NCBI GenBank assembly: GCA_963761465.1
Contig: CAVXGX010000001.1
Location: 868,083-932,082 of the forward strand
DNA length: 64,000 nucleotides
Direction of reading: 5' to 3'
DNA from: an uncultured Acidobacteriota bacterium
Lineage (GTDB): Bacteria; Acidobacteriota; Terriglobia; Terriglobales; Acidobacteriaceae
Of this stretch, positions 46,994 through 56,490 are shown one piece after another. Made by a program: the position numbers and the translations under genes. How positions within the stretch are numbered: the stretch's first letter is position 1; each line of letters starts with the position of its first letter. A model generated the notes under the pieces. That model saw nothing but the letters and a program-made list of their open reading frames with translations, was not told the origin of the DNA and did no database searches.

Positions 46994-47410
46994 ATGCTCA
47001 GCGGTTTCAAGAAATTTATTCTGCGTGGAAATGTTGTGGATATGGCCGTCGGCGTCGTGATTGGTGCGGCGTTTGGCGGCGTGGTTACGGCGCTCACTAC
47101 AGATTTGTTGACGCCGCTGATTGCGGCGATTGTGGGCAAGCCGGATTTCTCGGCGTTTCAGTTTACGGTTCACGGATCGCTGTTTCCGGTGGGGCACTTC
47201 ATCAATGCGGCGATTTCCTTTCTGCTGATTGCGGCGGCGATTTATTTCTTTGTGGTCACGCCGGTGAACGCGCTGGTGGCGCGTATGCGGAAGGACCCGG
47301 CGCCGGCCGATCCGACGACCAAGAAGTGTCCGGAGTGCCTGAGCGAGATTCCGATTGATGCGCGGCGGTGTGCGTTTTGTGCGCAGCCGGTGCTGGGCCG
47401 CGCGGCTTAG
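46994..47410 (+). CDS. mscL: Large-conductance mechanosensitive channel MscL with C-terminal CxxC...CxxC tail
   Basis: MLSGFKKFILRGNVVDMAVGVVIGAAFG..V..L..D.L.P. GGGAGG lies 7 nt upstream of the ATG at 46994. C-terminus is KKCPECLSEIPIDARRCAFC. Confidence 0.9.
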   Translation: MLSGFKKFILRGNVVDMAVGVVIGAAFGGVVTALTTDLLTPLIAAIVGKPDFSAFQFTVHGSLFPVGHFINAAISFLLIAAAIYFFVVTPVNALVARMRKDPAPADPTTKKCPECLSEIPIDARRCAFCAQPVLGRAA

Positions 47411-47575
47411 GCATTTCGTACGCGCCTCGATACATTGCGCGAAGAAAAAACGCAAGTTTCCTCCACAGCGCCCTCGCTGGCCCTCCGGCTTCGGCCGGAA
47501 TGACAATTTCATATTCAACGCGAGGGATTCCAGGCTAGGGATTTCCCGAGACTCGGCATCCGTTAAAATTGATAC

Positions 47576-48304
47576 ATGAAATTGCGGTGCATGGTTTGTT
47601 GCGCGGCGGTTGCAGCGCTTGTATTTTCGCTTTCTGCCACGGCTGCGGCGCAAGGTTCGTCCGCGGCTTCTCCTCCTCCTACTGCTTCAGCCAAACCTGC
47701 TAAGAAGGCCGTGCTGCCGGCTGAATCTGCGATTGATTCCGGAAGCGTTCTCAACGGCGTTTATCACAATAAATCACTCGCGCTCTCGTGCAAGATTCCT
47801 CCCGGATGGGTGCTGCGGACCGACGAGATGAATGCGCGGGACGAAGCACCGAAAGACAGCCAGGAAAAAAAAGAGGGTGACGACCAGGCGACTGCGCCGG
47901 CTGCGGAAGCGGCTTCGAGCGTGGGCGCAAAGGTTTTGCTGGCTGCGTTTTCGAGGCCCCCGGAGGCGCGGGCGGAGGATGTGAATGCGTCGCTTGTGAT
48001 TGCGGCGGAGAGTGTGGCGGCGTATCCGGATTTGAAAGAGGCGGCGCAGTATTTTTTTCCGCTCACTGAGGTCGCGAAGGCGCAGGGGTTTTTGGCGGAC
48101 GAGGATCCGTACGGTATCGCGATCGGAACGAAAATGCTGGTGCGCGGGGACTTTCACAAGAATGTGGGATCGCGCGTCATGCATCAGTCGACGCTGGTCA
48201 TGCTGGCGCGCGGATACGCGATCTCGATAACGGTGATTGGCGGGACGGATGATGAGGTTGAGGATTTGATTGACGGGCTGAGTTTTAGCGCCCCCGGGAA
48301 ATAG
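47576..48304 (+). CDS. Secreted hypothetical protein
   Basis: Signal peptide MKLRCMVCCAAVAALVFSLSATAAAQ. No family recognised. Confidence 0.6.
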   Translation: MKLRCMVCCAAVAALVFSLSATAAAQGSSAASPPPTASAKPAKKAVLPAESAIDSGSVLNGVYHNKSLALSCKIPPGWVLRTDEMNARDEAPKDSQEKKEGDDQATAPAAEAASSVGAKVLLAAFSRPPEARAEDVNASLVIAAESVAAYPDLKEAAQYFFPLTEVAKAQGFLADEDPYGIAIGTKMLVRGDFHKNVGSRVMHQSTLVMLARGYAISITVIGGTDDEVEDLIDGLSFSAPGK

Positions 48305-48380
48305 TTTCGCAGTCGTCCCACTGCACACAAAATCAGCGACATGTTCGGCATCCTGCGCAAGAGAGTTCTCGCGCAACATT

Positions 48381-50030
48381 TCAGATTGCAATCGGCAACG
48401 GCGAGTCCGGGATTTCGTGGGCCTCGGTGGGGCCGCGGCGCGAGCGGACTTCGGGGCGTTTGCGGAAGACGACTTTGACACCTTCGCGCCAGCGTTCGTC
48501 GATGCCGGCGAATTCCCATTCGATTTCGGGTGAGATGTAGCGGAGCAGCGTGTCGGTTGCGGGATGGATATGAAGCGCTGGAGCGACCAGGTAGAGCAAC
48601 GGTTTTTCCGGCGCCAACTCGCGATCAGGAAAATATCCGAAGCGGGGAAATTCTTCGCGACTGTGATGCCAGGCAACTCTTGACCAATAGTCGAGGCCTT
48701 GCAGCGGCAGGTGGATATCCTCGTCGGCTTTGAGTTCGAGGACGGCGAGACGGCCCTCGCGCGTGACGGTTAACACATCGAGCATGGCGCGGTCGGCGGC
48801 CGAGAATGCCGGGACTTGCGAGTAGAGCGCGTGCGACTCTCGCGATGACTCCTGCGATTCCTGCATTGGCGAGATCAGGCGCTCGTCGATGACACTGACG
48901 TCGGCCACGACCAGCGATTCGAGCCAGCGTTCGGGGCGCAGTCGGAAAAGCGGGTTCTGGCGCGGGCCGTAGGGATGGCGGGTGTCGCGCAGCGCGGTGA
49001 TTACCTCTAGGAATAACGGGAAGTTACGATCCTCCAGAACGCGCTCTTCGGCGCCGACTCCAAAAACAATTTCCTGTTTGCTGCGGAAAGTTGCGGCTTC
49101 GGCGCCCATGCGGGCGCGCGCGAATTCCAGGCCGCGCCAGCGGAAGGCGAGCTCGGCCGCGGACAGCACCGCGACTTCGCAGTTGGGCAGCAGCGAGGTG
49201 ATTCGGGCGATGGAGTCGGTGAAGCGTTCGCGGGCGGCGGACTCGTTAGGCGCGTGGACAAGGCGCGTGGTCACGTTGCCGCGGTCAGTGCAGTCGATCT
49301 CGATCAATGAGTCATCGCGTTCTTCGAGTTCGAAGAGGCGCCATTTGGCCGCGAACTGATTCAGGTTGGCCATGCGCTCGCGAACCAGTGCGGAGCATCC
49401 GTGGGGAACGAAGAGATGCAGCCCCTCAACCAGAAATTTTCCGTTGCAGGACTTGCGGCAGGCTTCGAGCCAGAGAATCGCGAAGGTCAGAGACGCATCG
49501 ATCGATGCCTGCGTTTCGGAAGCGTTGACCCCGAGCACGGCGAATGCAGACTGGCCGTGGCGCAGGAGTCCGCGGGCGTAGATGGGGCCGAAGGATTTTT
49601 CGAGGTCGACGGCGGTGGTGAGGCGAATTATCGAGTAGGCGGGAAAACGGCGTTCGAGGGCGCGGCGGAGTTTTTGTTCGTAACTGCTGCGGGCTAACTT
49701 CTTGGCGGTGGGCGAACGGCGGTCGCGCTCGCGGCAGATTTCTATTTTCGTGGGCCGCGACTGGCCGAGGCGCTGCACGAATAATTTCAGCGTGCCGTTT
49801 TTTACCTCGGCGTCAAGCACGCGGCGGACAGTGTTGCGCTCGGCCGACCAGAGATGCAGCAGGCATTTGTTGTACTCGCCGGAAATCGAATATTTGGACT
49901 GGGCCAGGTCGAAGGCTACGGCTCCGTTTTCGAGGACGATGGCGCCCGCGGCCTCGCTGAGAAAATCCTGCAGGGTGCGGGTTAGGGCGTCGGGGGTCAC
50001 GAGGGGGATTGTGCACATTGCGTGAGGCAA
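48381..50030 (-). CDS. Large conserved hypothetical protein with a PD-(D/E)XK-like C-terminal motif
   Basis: 549-aa clean ORF. The C-terminal region ...YSQVPAFSAADRAMLDVLTVTREGRLAVLELKADEDIHLPLQGLDYW resembles a restriction-endonuclease-fold D...E-x-K core. Confidence 0.65.
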   Translation of the reverse strand: MPHAMCTIPLVTPDALTRTLQDFLSEAAGAIVLENGAVAFDLAQSKYSISGEYNKCLLHLWSAERNTVRRVLDAEVKNGTLKLFVQRLGQSRPTKIEICRERDRRSPTAKKLARSSYEQKLRRALERRFPAYSIIRLTTAVDLEKSFGPIYARGLLRHGQSAFAVLGVNASETQASIDASLTFAILWLEACRKSCNGKFLVEGLHLFVPHGCSALVRERMANLNQFAAKWRLFELEERDDSLIEIDCTDRGNVTTRLVHAPNESAARERFTDSIARITSLLPNCEVAVLSAAELAFRWRGLEFARARMGAEAATFRSKQEIVFGVGAEERVLEDRNFPLFLEVITALRDTRHPYGPRQNPLFRLRPERWLESLVVADVSVIDERLISPMQESQESSRESHALYSQVPAFSAADRAMLDVLTVTREGRLAVLELKADEDIHLPLQGLDYWSRVAWHHSREEFPRFGYFPDRELAPEKPLLYLVAPALHIHPATDTLLRYISPEIEWEFAGIDERWREGVKVVFRKRPEVRSRRGPTEAHEIPDSPLPIAI

Positions 50031-50327
50031 AGTCTGTGACGAGTGACCACGGTTTTCGGCGAGGGCTGTGGAAGACTTTGGGGAGGCTGCGGAGCGGTTG
50101 GGGTGTGGGATAATAAAAGAAACCGGTCAGGGGATCGTTTTGGGCGTGATTCATCGCCCCTCAGGGGCTAGAGCCCTCAGTTTTTGGGCGCTAACGGCAG
50201 GGCTGAACCCGCGCCCTTCCCAAAACCTTTCGCGGCCCGGATAGAGGATCAGTTGCAGTAAGACCGGTCTTCTCGGAGTAGATTGCGGTCGAGTCGTGGG
50301 TTGGCGCGGCGGCATCTAAAGACTATC

Positions 50328-51809
50328 GTGGACAAACAAACTTCGGACAGACATCTCTCGGATCGCCAACGATTTTTCTTCGAAAACTACGGCTTGAGCG
50401 AGCATGATCTCGAGCGCTATCTCGGGGCCGCGCTTTCAGCGGGCGGCGATTATGCCGACTTGTATTTCGAATATCTGTCGTCGACCTCCCTGATGGTCGA
50501 TGAGTCGATGGTGAAGTCGGCGTCGCAGGGAATTTCGGTGGGCTGCGGCGTGCGCGTGGTTTCCGGTGAGCGCACGGGCTATGCCTATACCGACGATCTT
50601 TCGTCGGATCGGATTCTGCACGCGGCGCGAACGGCGGCGTTGATTGCGAGCGCTCCGGCGAAAACGACCGTCGCGGGATTTCAGAAGGCTGCCGCGCGCA
50701 GTTTGTATCCGGTGACGCTGCCGTCGGTGGATGCGGAGATCAGCGCCAAGGTTGAGCTGGTGATGCGCGCCGATAAAGCGGCGCGGGCGTATGACGTGCG
50801 GATTCAGGAAGTGCGCGCGAGTTACTCGGATGAGCTGCGGAATATTTTAGTGGTGGGATCGGATGGAACGTTTGCGGAGGATTCGCAACCGCTGGCGCGG
50901 ATGAATGTGTCGTGCATCGCCAAGACCGAGGGGAATTCGGCGCGCGGGACATCTGGTGGTGGGGGACGCGTGGCGCTGGACTTTTTCTTTGGCGAGAAGA
51001 CCCCGGAATTTTTTGCCAGGGAATCGGCGCGGCAGGCGATTTTGCAACTCGATGCGCGCGAGGCTCCGGCGGGAGAGATGGAAGTTGTGCTGGGGCCGGG
51101 ATGGCCGGGAGTGCTGCTGCACGAGGCTGTGGGACACGGGCTGGAAGCGGACTTCAACCGCAAGAAAACTTCCGCGTTTGCCGGGCTGATTGGCAAGCGT
51201 GTCGCGAGCGAAAAGTGCACGGTCGTCGATAATGGGACCATGCCGTGGCGGCGTGGGTCGCTCAATGTCGACGATGAAGGCGGGTCGACGCAGGAAACCG
51301 TGCTAATTGAAAATGGGATTCTGAAGGGATATCTGAGCGATAAGTTGTCGTCGCGGCTGATGGGGATTGCGAGCACGGGCAACGGCCGGCGCGAGAGCTA
51401 TGAGCACATTCCGATGCCGCGTATGACCAACACTTACATGCTGGCGGGGCAGGACAATCCGGAAGATATTATTCGCTCGGTGAAGCATGGAATTTATGCG
51501 GTGAATTTTGGCGGCGGCCAGGTCGACATCACGAACGGCAAGTTCGTATTCTCGGCCAGCGAAGCCTACATGATTGAGGACGGACAGATCACCGCGCCGA
51601 TCAAGGGCGCAACGCTGATCGGAAACGGTCCGGACGTGCTGACGCGGGTTTCAATGGTGGGGAACGATTTGAAACTCGACGAAGGCGTGGGCACTTGCGG
51701 CAAGGATGGGCAGGCCGTGCCGGTGGGCGTGGGAATTCCGACGCTGAAGATCGATCGGCTGACGGTGGGCGGGACGGCGCGGAAGGATCCGGGCGGGTTC
51801 ATGCAGTAG
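50328..51809 (+). CDS. tldD: Metalloprotease TldD
   Basis: GDYADLYFEY...GVGVRVVSGERTGYAYTDD...HEAVGHGLEADF. GTG at 50328 fits the length of TldD N-termini; the track start at 50283 is the alternative. Confidence 0.9.
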   Translation: MDKQTSDRHLSDRQRFFFENYGLSEHDLERYLGAALSAGGDYADLYFEYLSSTSLMVDESMVKSASQGISVGCGVRVVSGERTGYAYTDDLSSDRILHAARTAALIASAPAKTTVAGFQKAAARSLYPVTLPSVDAEISAKVELVMRADKAARAYDVRIQEVRASYSDELRNILVVGSDGTFAEDSQPLARMNVSCIAKTEGNSARGTSGGGGRVALDFFFGEKTPEFFARESARQAILQLDAREAPAGEMEVVLGPGWPGVLLHEAVGHGLEADFNRKKTSAFAGLIGKRVASEKCTVVDNGTMPWRRGSLNVDDEGGSTQETVLIENGILKGYLSDKLSSRLMGIASTGNGRRESYEHIPMPRMTNTYMLAGQDNPEDIIRSVKHGIYAVNFGGGQVDITNGKFVFSASEAYMIEDGQITAPIKGATLIGNGPDVLTRVSMVGNDLKLDEGVGTCGKDGQAVPVGVGIPTLKIDRLTVGGTARKDPGGFMQ

Positions 51810-51863
51810 AGACCTGATGGCCACGGATTTTGCGCGGATCTTCACCGATGGTGCAAGACCGTG

Positions 51864-52259
51864 CTAAAGCAGCCGCGCCGCTACCCCCTGCGCCTTGAGC
51901 ATTTCCACCGCCCTCTTATCGAACGAAACAAACGTCTCCGCTCCCAGCCATCGCCCCTCATAGGCGATCACGCCATCGGCGAAATCGCCGCCGGCATCCA
52001 ACATGGCCAAGCCCGCATCCACCACTGGCCTGTTCGTTTCCACATTGTCTGCTGCCAGCAATGTACGAATCGCTCTGCTCATATCGGACGACTTAAAGCC
52101 ATAGACGCTGCGCAGCACCCACACAAACTCGCACAAGGAAGGGACGGCGATCGCCACCATCTTGGCGCGTCCCATCAGTCGGATCGCGGCCTCGGTCTGT
52201 TCAGGTTCGTCGCGCACCGCCGCTCGCACCAGGACATTCGTGTCCACCGCGATCTTCAC
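51864..52259 (-). CDS. vapC: PIN-domain toxin VapC
   Basis: MKIAVDTNVLVRA... plus later acidic residues. 131 aa. 4-nt overlap with the upstream antitoxin gene. Confidence 0.82.
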   Translation of the reverse strand: MKIAVDTNVLVRAAVRDEPEQTEAAIRLMGRAKMVAIAVPSLCEFVWVLRSVYGFKSSDMSRAIRTLLAADNVETNRPVVDAGLAMLDAGGDFADGVIAYEGRWLGAETFVSFDKRAVEMLKAQGVAARLL

Positions 52260-52537
52260 TCTTTGCTCGTCGCTTTCGAGTCCGCCTGAGTCAAGCCAGC
52301 CCAGCCGCGCGCCGCCGCCTCATTCATCTCTTCAATGGTTGCGATTTTCTTCGTCTTGCCGGCGAGCACGCCAAAGAAGTCCTGTATGTTTCCGGTCGGC
52401 TTGGCCGCGCGGATCATCCCCCGGCCGTCGGGAAGCAAGTCGAGCTCAATCTTTTCTCCAGGCTTAATGCCCAGGTGTTCCAACACCTTTTTTCGAAAGG
52501 TTACTTGTCCCCTCGTGGTTACAGTAAGTGTGGCCAT
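52256..52537 (-). CDS. vapB: AbrB/MazE/SpoVT-type antitoxin (VapB)
   Basis: MATLTVTTRGQVTFRKKVLEHLGIKPGEKIELDLLPDG matches the SpoVT/AbrB swapped-hairpin pattern. Confidence 0.8.
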   Translation of the reverse strand: MATLTVTTRGQVTFRKKVLEHLGIKPGEKIELDLLPDGRGMIRAAKPTGNIQDFFGVLAGKTKKIATIEEMNEAAARGWAGLTQADSKATSKE

Positions 52538-52690
52538 CCTATGGTTCCTCTACAAATCCATTGTAATGCAAAATAGCATTATTTGCACTGGATTTCTTTC
52601 GAGCACTTTCGAGCACGTCCCTTGCGTCTCCCTTGCTTAAGGTTCCGGCCAAACAGGACAATCACCCACATTTGTTGGGATAATGAATGT

Positions 52691-54079
52691 ATGTCTTCAG
52701 TACAAGCCGAAACCGGTAACCCAAAACTCGCAACCGACCTCCGCGAAATCGCCCAGGATATCGTCCGCCGCGCCATGGCTGGTGGGGCAACCGCGGCCGA
52801 ATGCGTTGTGCGCGAGGGGGATGAATTCTCTACGCTCGTTCGCCTCGGCCAAGTTGAAACGCTGAAAGAGTCTGGCTCGAAATCGATTGGGGTGCGGGTG
52901 TTTTTTGGGCAGCGGGCGGCGAGTACTTACTCGAGCGATTTTTCGCGCGCGGGGCTTGACCGGATGGTGACGTCGGCGCTGACTCTGGCGAAGATTACTT
53001 CGGAAGATCCGTTTGGCGGAATTCCGGAGGCATCGCAGTTGGGCTCGATCGCGGGTGATCTTGATTTGTATTATGACGACGTCTATTCGCTCGCCGGGGC
53101 GGACCGCATCGACTACGCCCGGCGCGCGGAGAAAGCGGCGCTGGATTTCGATCCGCGCATCAAGAACTCGGAAGGCGGATCGTTTGACGCGGCCACGGGG
53201 CACAAGGTGCTGGCGAATTCTCATGGGTTCGTGGGCGAGTATCGGCGGTCGTATTGTTCCGTCGCGGCGGTGCCGATCGCGCAGACTGAAGCGGGCGCGA
53301 TGCAGCGCGATTACTGGTACTCGGTGGCCCGCACGCTTTCGAAGCTGGATGCGCCGGAGAAAGTCGGCAGGATTGCCGCGGAACGTACATTGCGGCGGTT
53401 GGGTGCGCGCAAGGCCAAGACCGCGCAGGTGCCGATTATTTTCGATCCCATGGTTTCGACTTCGATCCTCGAACATATTTTCGAGGGGATCAACGGAGAT
53501 TCGGTTTATCGCGGCGCGTCTTTTCTGGCCGGCAAGCTGGGGCAGAAAATTGCCGGCGACAACGTCAACATCATCGACGATGGCACGATTCCCGGCGGGT
53601 TCGGAACGAGTCCGTTCGACGGCGAGGGCGTGCCCACGCGGCGCACCGTGGTGATTGAGAACGGCGTGCTGAAATCTTATTTACTGAACACCTACACCGC
53701 GAAGAAACTGAAGATGCAGACGACCGGGAACGCCTCGCGCGGGCTCGCCGGAACGCCGGGGATTGGGCCGGGAAATTATTTTCTGCAGGCGGGCACCAAG
53801 ACGCCGAAGGAATTGATTGGCGGAATCAAGAACGGCCTATACGTGACAGAGTTTCTCGGCAGCGGGGCGAACCTGGTGACCGGAGATTATTCGCGCGGGG
53901 CTTCGGGGTTGTGGATTTCCGGTGGAGAGTTCGCGTATCCGGTGGAAGAGATTACGGTGGCGGGAAATTTGAAGGAATTGTTTTTCAATATTTCGGAGAT
54001 CGCCAATGATCTGGAGTTTCGCGGGTCGGTGGCGGCGCCGACGATTCGCGTGGACGGCCTGACGGTGGGCGGGGAATAG
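52691..54079 (+). CDS. pmbA: Metalloprotease PmbA/TldE
   Basis: ATG at 52691. Typical PmbA blocks (...GVRVFFGQRAASTYSSD..., ...GNASRG..., GLYVTEF.G.G.N..TGDYSRGA.G.WI..GE...PV.E.T.AGN). Confidence 0.9.
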   Translation: MSSVQAETGNPKLATDLREIAQDIVRRAMAGGATAAECVVREGDEFSTLVRLGQVETLKESGSKSIGVRVFFGQRAASTYSSDFSRAGLDRMVTSALTLAKITSEDPFGGIPEASQLGSIAGDLDLYYDDVYSLAGADRIDYARRAEKAALDFDPRIKNSEGGSFDAATGHKVLANSHGFVGEYRRSYCSVAAVPIAQTEAGAMQRDYWYSVARTLSKLDAPEKVGRIAAERTLRRLGARKAKTAQVPIIFDPMVSTSILEHIFEGINGDSVYRGASFLAGKLGQKIAGDNVNIIDDGTIPGGFGTSPFDGEGVPTRRTVVIENGVLKSYLLNTYTAKKLKMQTTGNASRGLAGTPGIGPGNYFLQAGTKTPKELIGGIKNGLYVTEFLGSGANLVTGDYSRGASGLWISGGEFAYPVEEITVAGNLKELFFNISEIANDLEFRGSVAAPTIRVDGLTVGGE

Positions 54080-54087
54080 ATTCGGCT

Positions 54088-54115
54088 CATGTGGGGCGGA
54101 CAGCTCCTGTCCGCC
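54088..54115 (+). repeat. Type-D hairpin repeat
   Basis: catgtggggcggacagctcctgtccgcc. Confidence 0.75.
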
Positions 54116-54158
54116 AGCCTTTGCGCCGGCACTGCACTTCGCCAAGAGAGCAACCCGA

Positions 54159-54527
54159 ATGAAATTCGCCAAAGTAGTTTTCTGGATTGCCGCGGTCTGG
54201 GGCATCCTGATTCTTACGCCCGCTATATTTCATGTTCGATGTGATTGGCCGGCAGGATCCTCCGGCGATTACGCATCCCGGCTTTTATTACGGCTTCGCC
54301 AGCGTTGGGCTGGCCTGGCAGGTCGCGTTCATCGTGATTGCGCGCGACCCGGTGCGCTTTCGTGCGATGATGATTCCGGCGATGCTGGAGAAGTTCGGGT
54401 ACGGGGCTACCTTCCTGGTGTCTGTATCTGCAGCACCGGCTGCATGCGTCGGACCTGGTGTTTGGCGGAGTGGATGTGCTGTTCGGCGTGCTGTTTCTGC
54501 TTGCCTTCTTTCGAATTTCCGGCTTAA
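54159..54527 (+). pseudogene. Small membrane protein gene broken by at least two frameshifts
   Basis: A continuous protein-like sequence is spread over three frames: MKFAKVVFWIAAVWGILILTPAIF (frame of 54159), then MFDVIGRQDPPAITHPGFYYGFASVGLAWQVAFIVIARDPVRFRAMMIPAMLEKFGYGATFLV (frame of 54232), then LYLQHRLHASDLVFGGVDVLFGVLFLLAFF (frame of 54458). The 3' end is uncertain. Confidence 0.6.
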
Positions 54528-54678
54528 ACATTTCCTTGTATTTTCAGGTTCTGGCTCACATCGCACAGCTGCGAAAGCTCTTAACCGCTGAGTCGCTGAG
54601 TAAGGCCGCCGAGAAGTGTGGGCTGCAACCTGCACGTTTCATACGGAGGAGCTTACATAATCTCATACATCTTGCGGT

Positions 54679-55893
54679 TTGCGAATCTGGCCGGACTTGA
54701 GGCGAAATCTCGATGCGCTTTTCCGCGGGCCGCGGCGCAAAAGCGGTCCCTCCGCAGCAAAGCTCGATTCGCCCGAGACGATTCTGCTCAAGGATTATCG
54801 ACCGAAGTCGATCTACAAAATTCCCGTCACGGAGATTGCCAAGGCGAAGTTTCCGATCATCGACATGCATTCGCATCCTTACGCGAAGACTGCGGGGGCG
54901 ATCGACGAGTGGGTCGGCAACATGGATGAAGTGGGAGTCGAGAAGACGATCATCTCTGACCATGGCGACTGGCGCGGAGTTTGACGAGATCAACGGAAGT
55001 ATGCGAAGCATCCCGAGCGGTTTGAGATGTGGTGCGGACTCGATTTCTCGGGCCACGACAAGCCGGGATTCGGTCCGGCGGCGGTGAAAGAGTTGGAACG
55101 CTGTCAGGCAAGCCGGGGCGCGCGGCGTGGGCGAGATTCACGACAAGGGCAAGGGATTGAGATCCGGAAAGTCGAGATGCCGCGGGCATGCATCCGGACG
55201 ATGCGCGCATGGATTCGCTGTGGGGAAAATGCGGCGAGCTCGGGATGCCGGTCAGCCTGCACGTGGCCGATCCGATCTGGATGTACCAGAAGATGGACCG
55301 GTACAACGACGGCCTGATGAACGCGTACGAGTGGCGGCTGGACAATCAGCCGGATATTGTGGAGCTGTCGGGGATGGTGGATATTTTCGAGCGCACGCTG
55401 GCGCGGCACCGGAACACGACATTCGTCGCGTGCCACTTCATGAATCTGGATTACGATCTGGCGCGGCTGGGCGAGGTGCTGGAGCGGAATCCAAATTTGT
55501 ATGCGGATATTTCCGCGCGGTATGCGGAGACAGCGCCGATTCCGCGCTTCGCAGCGCAGTTTTATGCCAAGCATGCGGACCGGCTGGTTTACGGCACCGA
55601 CATGGGAGTCGATCAAAGCGATGTACCGGGTTACGTTTCGCATTCTGGAATCGCTGGATGAGCATTTTTATGAGAATGAGCAGTTTGGATATCACTGGAG
55701 CTTGAATGGGTTCGGGTTGAGTGATGCGGTTCTGCGGCAGGTTTATCGCGAGAATGCGGCAAGACTGCTGGCGGCGCGAAAGCCTAACCCTAGAGAGAAC
55801 CCATCAACCACAAAGGACTCGAAGGATCACGAAGGAATTCGCTGGATGGATTCCTTCGTGCACCTTCGTGTCCTTCGTGGTTTAAGCTCTTGA
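54679..55893 (+). pseudogene. Amidohydrolase-family gene broken by about five frameshifts
   Basis: Homologous-looking sequence hops between frames: ...FPIIDMHSHPYAKT...VEKTII / LTMATGAEFDEI / KYAKHPERFEMWCGLDFSGHDKPGFGPAAVKELERC / GEIHDKGKGLRSGK / MHPDDARMDSLWGKCGELGMPVSLHVADP...LVYGTDMG / IKAMYRVTFRILESLDEHFYE...VYRENAARLL. The 5' end is uncertain. Confidence 0.65.
55806..55882. repeat. Long imperfect palindrome (33-nt arms, 11-nt loop)
   Basis: Left arm aaccacaaaggactcgaaggatcacgaaggaat; right arm attccttcgtgcaccttcgtgtccttcgtggtt. Confidence 0.7.
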
Positions 55894-55952
55894 ATCCGCA
55901 CCCGATCAGCGAGAAATCGACAATCAAAATCAACAGCCTACAATTCTCTGAC

Positions 55953-56456
55953 ATGGGCAGCTTGGGACAGCCAACACCGGTCGCAGAGGAACGCGACTCC
56001 AGCCGTTTGATTATTGGCATCGCGATGGCGGTGCTGATCGGCGGCGCGCTGCTGGCGGCGTTTCTGCTGCGCGAGCCGCCTCGGGTTGCGAAGACCGCGT
56101 CACCTTATATTGCCAGCCTGAAACTTTCTGATTTCAAGATGAGCGCGGCCGAGAATTTTATTGGCGCCACGGTCAGCTACATCGACGGCAGCATTACGAA
56201 TAGTGGCGGCAAAACAGTGACGCATGCCGTGGTCGAAGTCGTGTTCAAGGACGAGATGGGGCAGGTCGCTCAGCAGGAGGAGGTGCCGTTACAGGTGATC
56301 CGGACGAACGGGCCTTATCCTGAGCCGGTCGACCTCAGCGTTTCTCCCTTGGCGCCGGGGCAGACGCAACCGTTCCGGCTGACCTTCGACCATATTTCGG
56401 CGCAGTGGAACCGGCAGTATCCGGAGATTCGGGTTACGGATGTGACGGTGAAGTAG
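55953..56456 (+). CDS. Membrane-anchored hypothetical protein (DUF2393-like?)
   Basis: Start at MGSLGQ (55953). A single TM (LIIGIAMAVLIGGALLAAFLL) followed by a beta-rich ectodomain. Confidence 0.58.
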   Translation: MGSLGQPTPVAEERDSSRLIIGIAMAVLIGGALLAAFLLREPPRVAKTASPYIASLKLSDFKMSAAENFIGATVSYIDGSITNSGGKTVTHAVVEVVFKDEMGQVAQQEEVPLQVIRTNGPYPEPVDLSVSPLAPGQTQPFRLTFDHISAQWNRQYPEIRVTDVTVK

Positions 56457-56490
56457 TGCGCTGCGCGGCAGTTTTGATCGACGGCAATAT

